Source: an uncultured Candidatus Saccharibacteria bacterium
Lineage (GTDB): Bacteria; Patescibacteriota; SOKK01
Length of the DNA stretch: 64,000 nt
Assembly: GCA_964518965.1 (NCBI GenBank)
Contig: CAZFJP010000010.1
Location: forward strand, 30,787-94,786
Direction of reading: 5' to 3'
Shown here piece after piece: positions 19,321 through 29,692 of this stretch; position 1 is the first letter of the stretch; each line of letters begins with the position of its first letter. The translations under genes and the position numbers were made by a program. The notes under the pieces were generated by a model that worked only from the letters and a program-made list of their open reading frames with translations, was not told the origin of the DNA and searched no databases.

Positions 19321-19460
19321 AGGCAAAATACAAAAGGCAAAAAGCAAAAGTAAAATCAGGAGGTAAAAGTAAACTATTATTTAGTTCAGGAAATAGATAA
19401 CCTAAACTTTTACTTTTTGCCTTCATTTTTGTCTTTTGATTTTTGCTTTTTGACTTTTAA
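19318..19460. repeat. Inverted heptamer-periodic array
   Basis: AAAGGCAAAATACAAAAGGCAAAAAGCAAAAGTA ... TTTTGATTTTTGCTTTTTGACTTTT. Confidence 0.75.
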
Positions 19461-19521
19461 GATTGTTTGTGTATAATAAAGCCGTAATGAGGCTTTGAGC
19501 CTTGTTTTTAAAAGAATTTAT

Positions 19522-19728
19522 ATGAGTTTTGCTGAAAACAATAGGATTATTCGCTTCTTCAAAGAAGCAGTTGCTGAGCTTCGGAAAGTTGTTTGGCCAA
19601 CGAAAAAACAAGCAATTCGCCTTACTTTAATTGTTATTGGAGTCGTGATTGTGACCGCGCTCTTTTTGGGTGGCTTTGATTTAATTTTCAGTAGAATTAT
19701 TCGTTTCATTATTTTAAAGAGTTCTTAA
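19522..19728 (+). CDS. secE: Preprotein translocase subunit SecE
   Basis: 'ELRKVVWPT' plus one TM, upstream of nusG. Confidence 0.95.
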   Translation: MSFAENNRIIRFFKEAVAELRKVVWPTKKQAIRLTLIVIGVVIVTALFLGGFDLIFSRIIRFIILKSS

Positions 19729-19729
19729 G

Positions 19730-20275
19730 ATGGTGCGACAAATTCGGACAACTGAACCAAAATGGTATGTTTTGCATACTTACTCTGGTTATGAAGATAA
19801 TGTTGCAAGTAATCTAAGACAACGTATTGAATCTTTAGATATGGAGGATAAGATTTTTGAAGTATTAGTTCCCAAAGAAAAACAAATTGAAATTAAAGGT
19901 GGTAAGCGTCAGATTGTGGAAAGGAAGATTTTTCCTGGTTATGTTCTGGTGAAGATGTTAGTTGCAGAGGATTCTTGGTATGTTGTCCGTAATACTCCCA
20001 ATGTTACTGGTTTCATTGGATCAGGAACAATTCCAGTACCGATTGCTGACGAAGAAATGCGCAAGATTCAAAAGCGTATGGGCGTAGAAGAGCCAAAATA
20101 TAAAATTGATGTAGTTATTGGCGATCACGTGAAAATTATCGATGGACCGTTTAAAGATTTTGATGGTATTGTTAATGAAATTGATGAAGAAAAGGGAAAA
20201 GTTAAGGTATTGGTAAATATCTTTGGTAGAGAAACACCGGTGGAATTAGATTTCTTACAAGTCAAAAAGTCATAA
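19730..20275 (+). CDS. nusG: Transcription termination/antitermination factor NusG
   Basis: 'WYVLHTYSGYE', 'FPGYV', KOW 'GPFKDF', 'IFGRETPVEL'. Confidence 0.97.
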   Translation: MVRQIRTTEPKWYVLHTYSGYEDNVASNLRQRIESLDMEDKIFEVLVPKEKQIEIKGGKRQIVERKIFPGYVLVKMLVAEDSWYVVRNTPNVTGFIGSGTIPVPIADEEMRKIQKRMGVEEPKYKIDVVIGDHVKIIDGPFKDFDGIVNEIDEEKGKVKVLVNIFGRETPVELDFLQVKKS

Positions 20276-20370
20276 ATGGTAGCAGATAGCAAATAGCAGA
20301 TATTTTTTGGTTGTCTGATATCTGTTATTTACTATTACTATTGTCCCGTCACTTTTTATTTATTACTACT

Positions 20371-20796
20371 ATGGCTAAACCAGTTAAAACTGTAGTTAAA
20401 CTGCAGATTGAAGCAGGTAAAGCTAATCCGGCACCACCAGTTGGTCCTGCTTTAGGTCAGCATGGGTTAAATATTCAAGAGTTTTGTACTGCTTTCAATG
20501 AAAAGACGAAAGATAAAATGGGTGATGTCATCCCGGTGGAGATTACGATTTATGAAGATCGCACTTTTGATTTTATTTTAAAAAACCCACCTGTTGCGAT
20601 ACTCTTGAAGAAAGCGGCTAAGATTGAAAAAGGTTCTGGAGAACCGCATGTTAATAAAGTTGGCAAAGTAACTGAAAAACAGGTAGAAGAAATTGCCAAA
20701 GTAAAAATGACCGATTTGAATACCACTGACTTGGAACAAGCAAAGAAAATTGTGAAGGGAACTGCCAGAAGTATGGGTATTGATATCAAAGGATAA
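20371..20796 (+). CDS. rplK: 50S ribosomal protein uL11
   Basis: '[18 protein letters not shown]'; start ATG 20371. Confidence 0.97.
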   Translation: MAKPVKTVVKLQIEAGKANPAPPVGPALGQHGLNIQEFCTAFNEKTKDKMGDVIPVEITIYEDRTFDFILKNPPVAILLKKAAKIEKGSGEPHVNKVGKVTEKQVEEIAKVKMTDLNTTDLEQAKKIVKGTARSMGIDIKG

Positions 20797-20800
20797 AACT

Positions 20801-21484
20801 ATGAAGCGAGGAAAGAATTATAAGGCGTTTAGAGAAAAACTAACACAATCCAAATACTCTTTGGATGAGGCTTTAGGTTTGGTCAAAGAAAATAACAAAA
20901 CAAAGTTTGATGCCTCGATTGAGCTTCATATTCATCTTAATTTGAGTAAAAAAGGTGATCAATCAGTCAGGGGTACTGTTGATCTTCCAAACCCGACGGG
21001 AAAAAAAGTACGCATTGCTGTCTTTGCCGAAGCAGAGAAACAAAAAGAAGCAAAAGATGCAGGTGCAAAAATTGTCGGAGCAGATGATTTAGTAGAGAAA
21101 GTAAGTAGAGGATTTACTGATTTTGATGTTGTGATTGCTACACCACAAATGATGCCAAGAATTGGGAAGTTAGGGAAAGTTCTTGGTGTGTTAGGTTTGA
21201 TGCCAAATCCTAAGGCGGGAACGATTACTCCGGAACCGGGGAAACTGGTAGAACAATTTCAAAAAGGTCGCATTGAGTTCCGTAATGATAAATTAAACAA
21301 TATTCATCAGGTTGTTGGAAAAGTTTCAATGAAGCCGGAGAAAGTAAAAGAAAATGTTTTAGCGATTTATCATGCTGTTTCTCAGGCAAAACCAGAAGGA
21401 GTAAAGGGATCTTTCATTCAAAATATGACTTTAGCTAGTACAATGGGACCAGGGATTAGGATAGATTTGACGAGTTTGAAATAA
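20801..21484 (+). CDS. rplA: 50S ribosomal protein uL1
   Basis: 'KFDASIE', 'GLMPNPKAGT', 'STMGPG'. Confidence 0.97.
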   Translation: MKRGKNYKAFREKLTQSKYSLDEALGLVKENNKTKFDASIELHIHLNLSKKGDQSVRGTVDLPNPTGKKVRIAVFAEAEKQKEAKDAGAKIVGADDLVEKVSRGFTDFDVVIATPQMMPRIGKLGKVLGVLGLMPNPKAGTITPEPGKLVEQFQKGRIEFRNDKLNNIHQVVGKVSMKPEKVKENVLAIYHAVSQAKPEGVKGSFIQNMTLASTMGPGIRIDLTSLK

Positions 21485-21486
21485 AC

Positions 21487-21514
21487 TTGCAAAAAATTTT
21501 GTAGTTGCTATAAT
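21487..21514 (+). promoter_or_regulatory. Promoter for rplJ-rplL
   Basis: TTGCAA, 16-nt spacer, TG-extended TATAAT. Confidence 0.6.
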
Positions 21515-21542
21515 CAATTTGTTCCCGAAATAATTTCGGGGT

Positions 21543-21630
21543 AAACCTAAGACAGTAGGCAAAAACTAAGTCCTACCGAGGAAAATCATGAGAGGTTGCT
21601 CTCTGTCTTAGGTTAAAGGCAGAGTTTTTT
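21543..21630 (+). ncRNA. Ribosomal protein L10 leader (autoregulatory) with terminator-like end
   Basis: AAGACAGTAGG...CCTACCGAGG core upstream of rplJ. AACCTAAGACAG / CTGTCTTAGGTT pairing competes with a CTCTGTCTT..AAGGCAGAG-T6 hairpin. Confidence 0.8.
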
Positions 21631-21641
21631 AAAGATCTATT

Positions 21642-22160
21642 ATGCCGAAAACACGTGCCCAAAAAGAAGAAATCATCAAAGATTTTAATGACCGCTTGAA
21701 GAAAATGAAAGCAGCGGTGTTTGTGGATTATACTGGTGTAAAGGTAAAACAAATTTGGGATTTGAAAAAGAAACTTTCAGAGGAGAAGGCAGATTTTAGA
21801 GTGATGCAGAATAAATTATTAGCAATTGCTTTGAGGGAAAACAAGCTAGAAGTTCCTGATGAAATTTTGAATAAGCCACTGGCAATTTCTTTTGGCTATC
21901 AGGATGAGATTGCGCCCTCTCGCATTGTAAAGAAATTCTCCCAAGAGAATAAAGTGTTAAAAATCCTCGGTGGGTTTTTTGAGGGAAAGTTTGTCGGTGA
22001 AGATGTAATTAATCAATTAGCCAGTTTGCCTAGTCGTAATGAATTGTTAACGAAATTTGTTTATACGATTAACGCTCCTGTTTCTGGATTTGTAAATGTC
22101 TTACGTGGAAATATCACCGGGTTAGTAAATGTTTTGAATCAGATTAAAGATCGTAAATAA
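21642..22160 (+). CDS. rplJ: 50S ribosomal protein uL10
   Basis: 'VFVDYTG', 'QNKLL', 'LASLPSRNELL'. Confidence 0.95.
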   Translation: MPKTRAQKEEIIKDFNDRLKKMKAAVFVDYTGVKVKQIWDLKKKLSEEKADFRVMQNKLLAIALRENKLEVPDEILNKPLAISFGYQDEIAPSRIVKKFSQENKVLKILGGFFEGKFVGEDVINQLASLPSRNELLTKFVYTINAPVSGFVNVLRGNITGLVNVLNQIKDRK

Positions 22161-22204
22161 TTACTAATTATTAATATTAATAATTGTTAATTAAGGAGAT
22201 TACT

Positions 22205-22768
22205 ATGGCAGACGAAGTAAAGAAACCAGAAGAAGCAAAAAAACCTGAAGTAGAGGCTAAACCAGTTGAAGCTCCTAAACCGGAAGCAAAACCGGCGGAG
22301 GCTCCTAAAACTGAAGCTCTGAAGCCGGAAGCTGAACCAGCCGAGGCTCCGAAATCAGAAGCACCGAAAGAAGAACCGAAAAAAGAAGTTCCTGAGAAAT
22401 TCAAGAAACTTGTTGAAGAAGTGGAAAAAATGAGTGTCTTGGAACTTTCGGAGTTAGTTAAAGCATTAGAAGATCGTTTTGGGGTTTCGGCAGCTGCTCC
22501 TGTAGCGATGGTTGCCGGTGGTGCAGCAGGTGGTAGTGCAGGTGGTGAAGAAGAAAAAACAGAGTTTGATGTGGAGTTGACCGAAACTGGTGCACAAAAA
22601 ATTGCTGTTATCAAAGTTGTTCGCGAGATTACCGGTAAGGGTCTAAAAGAAGCAAAAGACATGGTTGATGGCGCACCAAAGGTGATTAAAGAAAAAGTGA
22701 AGAAAGAGGAAGCAGAAGAGATTAAGAAAAAGATTGAAGCTGCTGGCGGTAAAGTTACTTTGAAATAA
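22205..22768 (+). CDS. rplL: 50S ribosomal protein bL12 with N-terminal extension
   Basis: '[23 protein letters not shown]', '[10 protein letters not shown]', 'GLKEAK'; AAGGAG RBS before ATG 22205. Confidence 0.95.
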   Translation: MADEVKKPEEAKKPEVEAKPVEAPKPEAKPAEAPKTEALKPEAEPAEAPKSEAPKEEPKKEVPEKFKKLVEEVEKMSVLELSELVKALEDRFGVSAAAPVAMVAGGAAGGSAGGEEEKTEFDVELTETGAQKIAVIKVVREITGKGLKEAKDMVDGAPKVIKEKVKKEEAEEIKKKIEAAGGKVTLK

Positions 22769-22790
22769 TTTTTCCTTCTTTCTAGGATAA

Positions 22791-22833
22791 AATAATCCCC
22801 CAAGGGTATTTGAGTGCCCAAGGGGGTTGTTTT
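22791..22833. terminator. Bidirectional terminator between rplL and convergent gene
   Basis: AATAATCCCCC...GGGGGTTGTT stem flanked by A and T runs. Confidence 0.6.
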
Positions 22834-22851
22834 ATCTGAGAAATTTGCAGA

Positions 22852-24435
<1,584 letters not shown>

Positions 24436-24552
24436 TGCTATAATACTTACACAAATGTCCCTCAAAGGTTGATCTCTACTTGTTGTAAGATTCATTTTTA
24501 TTGCTGTGAGGCGAACAGGGCAAGTGCCTCGGACAGAAAATATAAAATAAAA

Positions 24553-24653
24553 CTCGCCATGCTTTCATCAGTGATTTTAATCAAGACTTGCTAAATCTTA
24601 GGATATATTGGTTTAATTGGGTCTTGGTTAATGCCAATTGAAAGTTAGGCGGG
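24553..24653. mobile_element. Family E hairpin element copy 3
   Basis: CTCGCCATGCTTTCATC...AATCAAGAC..GTCTTGGTT...TGAAAGTTAGGCGGG, ending just before the RBS of the next gene. Confidence 0.65.
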
Positions 24654-24669
24654 AAAGGAGAAAAAAGAA

Positions 24670-25224
24670 ATGGCAAAAGCAAATGAAATACCAAAAATAG
24701 CGCTTCTCAAAGAAACCTTGAAAAGTGCGGAAGCAAGTTTAAAAACCGCTCAAGATTTAGTGGGAGAACTTGCGGGTGACAAGGATTTTGTCAAGCAAGT
24801 GAAGGAGCGTCTCAAAAAACTACCTAAAACCGAAACCAAAGCGGAAGTTGGTCAAAGAGTGGTTGAAGGTGTTTTTGATGGCGAAAATATGGTTGGTGAC
24901 GATGGCAAAAAGTATCCGGTTCCCGCTAATTATGCCAGTAAGTCAAAACTCGTTGAAGGTGATCTCTTAAAATTGACGATTGCCGAAAATGGGTCTTTTA
25001 TTTACAAACAAATTGGTCCAGTGGCACGGAGGATGGTTCGGGGTGTTCTTATTGAGGAAAATGGTGAGTACCGTGTAATGGCAGAAGGTAAGGATTATAA
25101 GGTAATTCTGGCTAGTGTTACTTACTACCGTGCCAAGCCAGGGGATGAGGTAACAATTGTTATTCCTGAGACTGGCGACAGTGTTTGGGCAGCAATTGAA
25201 AATGTGATTTATAAATCAGAGTAA
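24670..25224 (+). CDS. Conserved hypothetical protein
   Basis: 'EGVFDGENM..DGKKYPVPANYASKSKLVEGD' resembles a family I associate with CPR genomes; strong RBS. Confidence 0.8.
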   Translation: MAKANEIPKIALLKETLKSAEASLKTAQDLVGELAGDKDFVKQVKERLKKLPKTETKAEVGQRVVEGVFDGENMVGDDGKKYPVPANYASKSKLVEGDLLKLTIAENGSFIYKQIGPVARRMVRGVLIEENGEYRVMAEGKDYKVILASVTYYRAKPGDEVTIVIPETGDSVWAAIENVIYKSE

Positions 25225-25228
25225 TGTG

Positions 25229-25669
25229 ATGAGGAAATTTAAGCAGTTTTTGAGTAATGAACATGTACGACAGTTTTTCAAATTCTGTGTTGTGGGATCA
25301 ATTGGAACTGCGGTTGATTTTGGGCTACTTTATTTGCTGGTAGAATTTGGCCATCTTTTTTATTTACTTGCGGCAACCATTTCCTTTATTGCTGCAGTAG
25401 TAAATAACTATATTCTCAATAAAATTTGGACCTTTCGTGATCATAGCAAGCAACTTTTTCGGCAGTTCGGGCGGTTTTTAATTATAAGTTTAGTTGGTTT
25501 AGGTCTGAATGTCTTGCTTTTATATTTATTAGTAGAGTTTGGACATTTATGGTATATTTTAGCGAAGGTGTTAGCAACTGGGGTAGTGCTGATCTGGAAC
25601 TTTTTTGCTAACAAGTTTTGGACGTTCAGAAAAAATGGGGAATGGCGAATGGAAAATGGAGAATGTTAA
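25229..25669 (+). CDS. GtrA family polyprenol-P-sugar translocase
   Basis: 'KFCVVG..GT.VDF', 'NYILNKIWTF', 'WNFFANKFWTF'. Confidence 0.92.
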   Translation: MRKFKQFLSNEHVRQFFKFCVVGSIGTAVDFGLLYLLVEFGHLFYLLAATISFIAAVVNNYILNKIWTFRDHSKQLFRQFGRFLIISLVGLGLNVLLLYLLVEFGHLWYILAKVLATGVVLIWNFFANKFWTFRKNGEWRMENGEC

Positions 25670-25703
25670 ACACATACCGTGTTTCCCATAAGTAGCAAAT
25701 CTC

Positions 25704-25732
25704 TTGCATAGAAGCGATTTTTGTGCTATAAT
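25704..25732 (+). promoter_or_regulatory. Promoter for the sortase gene
   Basis: TTGCAT, 17-nt spacer, TG-extended TATAAT. Confidence 0.6.
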
Positions 25733-25758
25733 AAGATAATAGAGTAACTGGGAGTTTT

Positions 25759-26895
25759 ATGGCTAATCAAACTCCAATGAAGCCCTGGGATCCCTGGGAG
25801 GAAGTGGAGAGAAAGGCTTCCAACCCTGAACCAGAGCCAATGAAAGAGGCCCCTCCGCGGGAGGGTGGTTTTGTGCAAAGCGAAGAATTGAGGGACATCC
25901 CCAGAGAGGAAGCACAACCGCTTCAAAGCAAACCCGCAGCCGATTTGGGTAAGTCCTACTTTCCGCCTCAACCTTCTGAGGTGTTGGAAAAAGAGCCTTC
26001 TCCTTTTATTGCTCCGAGTATAGAGAACGAGAGGGACTATTTTGCTCCTCCAAAGGAAGCTCCTAAAACTTCTTGGATGGAAAAATTACCCCCTGTCTCT
26101 CCCCGTCATGAAGGTGAAATACCACCTCTTCATGGTACAGCAGGCGCTTCTCCCAAAGCTCCTTTTGAACCTGTTACAGGCACGGCTTTGGGTGTAAAAA
26201 TGAAAGGGAAGGGGCTAAAGCTGTCGCGCAAGTCCTCGATTATCAAAGAAATTCTTAAATTTTTTGGTATTTTTGTTGCCGTCTTTGCGATTATTTTTGT
26301 CATTTTAAACTGGCCTTCCATTGCGGTTAATCTTAAATATTGGTGGGAACAGAATCGCAGTGGGGATCAGTCTACTGCCGAAGATATTGACTTAGGTGTG
26401 GAATCTCCCGAAAATATTCCCCAAGACGACCGTATTGTGATTAAAAAAATTAAAGTAGACGCGCCCATCATGTTTCCGAAAGATCCTAGTGATAAGGTTT
26501 TGTTAGAGGAGCTCAAGAGAGGTGTTGTTCATTATCCGGGTACTGCCTTGCCAGGTGAAACAGGAAACTGTTTTATTACCGGTCATAGTTCTAATTATTG
26601 GTGGATTAAGAGTAAATATAACACAGTTTTCACTTTATTGCCAAAATTGGTGGTTGGTGATAAAGTAATTGTCTACTACAAACAAAAGAAGTATATTTAT
26701 GAGGTAAGAGAAGTTAAGGAGGTTAGTCCTAGCCAAACTGAGGTTCTAAATCCAACGGAAAAGCCGACACTTACGTTGATGACGTGCGTTCCGATTGGTA
26801 CAAACTTAAGACGTTTAATCGTGAGATGTGATCAAATCAGTCCTGCTTCTGGTGAGAATGTTGATTTAAATCAACCACGACTACCCGCTGATTAA
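25759..26895 (+). CDS. Sortase with long Pro/Glu-rich cytoplasmic N-terminus
   Basis: 'GVVHYPGTALPGETGN..ITGHS', 'TLMTC', 'RLIV' (His-Cys-Arg triad); one TM. Confidence 0.92.
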   Translation: MANQTPMKPWDPWEEVERKASNPEPEPMKEAPPREGGFVQSEELRDIPREEAQPLQSKPAADLGKSYFPPQPSEVLEKEPSPFIAPSIENERDYFAPPKEAPKTSWMEKLPPVSPRHEGEIPPLHGTAGASPKAPFEPVTGTALGVKMKGKGLKLSRKSSIIKEILKFFGIFVAVFAIIFVILNWPSIAVNLKYWWEQNRSGDQSTAEDIDLGVESPENIPQDDRIVIKKIKVDAPIMFPKDPSDKVLLEELKRGVVHYPGTALPGETGNCFITGHSSNYWWIKSKYNTVFTLLPKLVVGDKVIVYYKQKKYIYEVREVKEVSPSQTEVLNPTEKPTLTLMTCVPIGTNLRRLIVRCDQISPASGENVDLNQPRLPAD

Positions 26896-26920
26896 TCTGG
26901 TGTTGATTAAAGTGATTTTT

Positions 26921-26944
26921 AAAACCCCGTGATGCGGGGTTTTC
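26921..26944. terminator. Terminator between convergent sortase and PEGA genes
   Basis: AAAACCCCGT-GAT-GCGGGGTTTT. Confidence 0.65.
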
Positions 26945-26999
26945 TTTAGTTCATCGCTATTAGATCTACAACTCTGGACTCTGCCCTCTGGGCTTTGGG

Positions 27000-28436
27000 C
27001 TATTTCTGTCCCTGCGGATAAAACTCAAAGATATCACTCCAATTTTGGTTCTTACGGCTAAGAATGAGAAAGTAATTTTGTTCATTGATTAAATTTAGAC
27101 GAGGTATGGTTGTTTCGTTAAAATCATAAATTGTTTGCAAAATAATTCCTCGCTGTTCAATTGCCTTGATTTGTTTTTTGGTTTTGAGGTAGAGATAGTT
27201 TTGGTTAGTAGGGTGAAGGAAAAATTGCTGGATTTTTTCTTGGAGACGAGTGATTAAAGTGGTTTTGTTTTCCTTAAAGTCATAAAGTGATAGTTCATTA
27301 TTTTTATTGAAGATACATTTTTGATTGTCGGAAGTGACAAGAAAGTCGTTGACATTTTGGTCGATTTTGGAAACTGTCGCGGTACTAGAAAAAGCTTTCG
27401 GTTTAATTAGAAATAACTCATTTTGCTTATTGTCTGTTTCAATCAGAATAAGTAATTGTCTTTCTTGGGGGAGCAGTTTATGTTCATTACGGATTAAAAT
27501 CTTTTTAATTGTACCTACAGGTAGATTGTCTGTAATGAGATCTTGCTTCTCGCCATTACTTCCGAGCTTATAGAGTGCTCCCTTTGGAGCTTGACTTGCG
27601 AGGGGTAGTATGCTATCCTTTATGTTGTAAAGTAGACCGAAGAGATCGTTTTTTTCTCGAATTAATCCCGAAATACCGCTTAAAGCCAACTTTCTTGACC
27701 CGTTAGGGTCATCCAGATTGAAGAGATAGAGTTCTTCTCTCGCGAGTACAAAAAGTCGTTTCTCGTCGCGGGGGTGCCACTCTACTTTTTTAATTCCTTG
27801 GGGAAGATGGTCTAATTTGACAAGGGTTTTTTTGCTAAGATTTCCTAAGTAATAATTTGCTGAACCAAGGTTAAGAATAAATTGTTTATTGCTGGGAGAC
27901 CAGGTTATGATGGTGAGATCGGTAAAAGTGGTTTGCGGAAGAGGAATTTCACTTAATTTATTTTTAGAAAGATCAAGAAACCAAAGTTGATTCTGATTAT
28001 TGCTCTCACTGGTGTAAATGACTTTTGACTGATCAGGAGAGATAAAAAAATCAAGAATATTACGAGAAGTGATTTGATTGAGGGAGGGCTCCTTCAAGAA
28101 AAGCTCTAAGTTTTCTAGGTTATAATTGACTTTCTCGGCGTCAATGGTAAGATGTTGCTCGATATCCAAGTATCCTTCTTTCTTAATGACAATAGTGTAA
28201 TCACCAGGAACTAGGTTTCTTAAAGTAGCAGGGGTTTTAACATCTTGCTTATGACCATTGATGTAAATTTCAGCACCTTCAGGATTAGAACTAATTACTG
28301 CAATACCGGCACGATAGATTTTTCTGGCACCAAAGTCAATCTGATAACCTTGGGCAAAGAGAATTAAGCCGATTGCTACTATTGCAAAAATAAAAAAACT
28401 CGCAAGATAAATTTTTCTTCGTCCTTTGTGTTCCAT
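27000..28436 (-). CDS. PEGA domain and beta-propeller membrane protein
   Basis: 'SNPEGAEIYING..TPATL.NL.PG.Y...KEGY' followed by WSP/WHP-type repeats. Confidence 0.85.
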   Translation of the reverse strand: MEHKGRRKIYLASFFIFAIVAIGLILFAQGYQIDFGARKIYRAGIAVISSNPEGAEIYINGHKQDVKTPATLRNLVPGDYTIVIKKEGYLDIEQHLTIDAEKVNYNLENLELFLKEPSLNQITSRNILDFFISPDQSKVIYTSESNNQNQLWFLDLSKNKLSEIPLPQTTFTDLTIITWSPSNKQFILNLGSANYYLGNLSKKTLVKLDHLPQGIKKVEWHPRDEKRLFVLAREELYLFNLDDPNGSRKLALSGISGLIREKNDLFGLLYNIKDSILPLASQAPKGALYKLGSNGEKQDLITDNLPVGTIKKILIRNEHKLLPQERQLLILIETDNKQNELFLIKPKAFSSTATVSKIDQNVNDFLVTSDNQKCIFNKNNELSLYDFKENKTTLITRLQEKIQQFFLHPTNQNYLYLKTKKQIKAIEQRGIILQTIYDFNETTIPRLNLINEQNYFLILSRKNQNWSDIFEFYPQGQK

Positions 28437-28496
28437 TTAATCTTGTTTATTCCTTATTCATTATAGCGATTTTAGTTAATTAATTCAATCAAAAAT

Positions 28497-28964
28497 ATGC
28501 AGAAGAAACAGTACTATACAAAATCTGCGCTTGAGAAAATCAAAACAGAATTAGCGGAACTCAAGAGTGTTAAACGTAAAGAAATTGCCGAACGGATTCG
28601 TGAGGCAAAGGCCTTTGGCGATCTTTCCGAAAATGCCGAATACGCTGATGCCAAGGAAGCGCAAGCTTTTGTAGAGGGGAGAATTGAGGAGCTGGAGGAA
28701 ATCTTGGAAAATGCGGAGATAGTAGATGATAAATGTAAGCAAAGTGGTTCAGTGGGAGTAAATTGTAAAGTAACTGTTTCTGATAGCAAAGGAGGGCAAA
28801 GAGAATATACTTTGGTTAGTGCAAACGAAGTAGATCCACTGACGGGAAAAATTTCTTCTAATTCACCGATTGGGAAAGCATTGCTAGGGAAGAAAGTAGG
28901 GGACCGCGTGGTAGTAGAAGTACCTTCCGGAAAACTGAATTTGCAGATTCAAAAAATTGAGTAA
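28497..28964 (+). CDS. greA: Transcription elongation factor GreA
   Basis: 'GDLSENAEY', 'ISSNSPIGKALLG'. Confidence 0.97.
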   Translation: MQKKQYYTKSALEKIKTELAELKSVKRKEIAERIREAKAFGDLSENAEYADAKEAQAFVEGRIEELEEILENAEIVDDKCKQSGSVGVNCKVTVSDSKGGQREYTLVSANEVDPLTGKISSNSPIGKALLGKKVGDRVVVEVPSGKLNLQIQKIE

Positions 28965-29026
28965 TTATTTTTTAGATATCCTTGTCCTTTAAAAATCAAG
29001 TAGTCCTTCTAAAGGAGGTGATTAAA

Positions 29027-29272
29027 GTGTCGGAAGGATTATGGAAGATTTTTGTAATTTTTAGCTTATTATTTTTTAGTATTTTAGTTCTCGCTTATGG
29101 GAGAAGAGCTCCCAAGGCGCTTCCCGAGAGGGGGATTACCGAGGAATTGAGTGAGGCCTTGCATTTTGAAATTCCTCACTGGGATTCCTCGTGTGCTACT
29201 GGTTCAGTGATGGAATCGTCGATTAATCAAACCGACGACAGTTACAAACTAGCGTCTTTCTATTTTCACTAA
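29027..29272 (+). CDS. Small hypothetical protein with TM or signal
   Basis: AAGGAGGTG RBS before GTG 29027; followed by a hairpin and T-run. Confidence 0.55.
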   Translation: MSEGLWKIFVIFSLLFFSILVLAYGRRAPKALPERGITEELSEALHFEIPHWDSSCATGSVMESSINQTDDSYKLASFYFH

Positions 29273-29365
29273 CCCCCGCTGGGGGGTTTCTTTACTCTTG
29301 ATTTTGAGATACAGTTATGTGCTATACTTTGAGGTAATTTGAAAACTACCAAGGAGGTTTTTCTG

Positions 29366-29623
29366 ATGAATCGGATTACTGGATCAACCTATGAGTTTCT
29401 CAGGATCAAGGGAAGTTGCCCTTTCGATTTACCTTTTAAAAAACTTGGAACAGGGCATCTACGGGCGATGTTTTGTGTTGCTAAGGATAGGGAAGAGGTT
29501 TGTCTTGAAGTTACCGAAGAAGAAGGTAACTTTCTCTGGCTCTATCCCCAGGATGAAATTTCAGATCTTGATCAACGCGGTATTCAATATCGCGTTATTA
29601 CCAAAAAAGAAGCAGGTTTCTAG
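29366..29623 (+). CDS. Small hypothetical protein
   Basis: AAGGAGG RBS before ATG 29366; upstream TG-extended TATACT. Confidence 0.55.
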   Translation: MNRITGSTYEFLRIKGSCPFDLPFKKLGTGHLRAMFCVAKDREEVCLEVTEEEGNFLWLYPQDEISDLDQRGIQYRVITKKEAGF

Positions 29624-29692
29624 TCAACCTGCTTTTAATTTTGCCCGATTTTATGCTAAAATAATCTTAGTTGACCAGGTTAAATTATCAAG

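Noticed and set aside
22177-22821. 214-aa ORF antisense to rplL
   Set aside because: Mirror frame kept open by biased codon use in a highly expressed gene
27572-27606. GCTCC-CTTT-GGAGC hairpin inside the PEGA gene as another in-frame insert
   Set aside because: Too short and not clearly matching any repeat family here; needs an orthologue alignment
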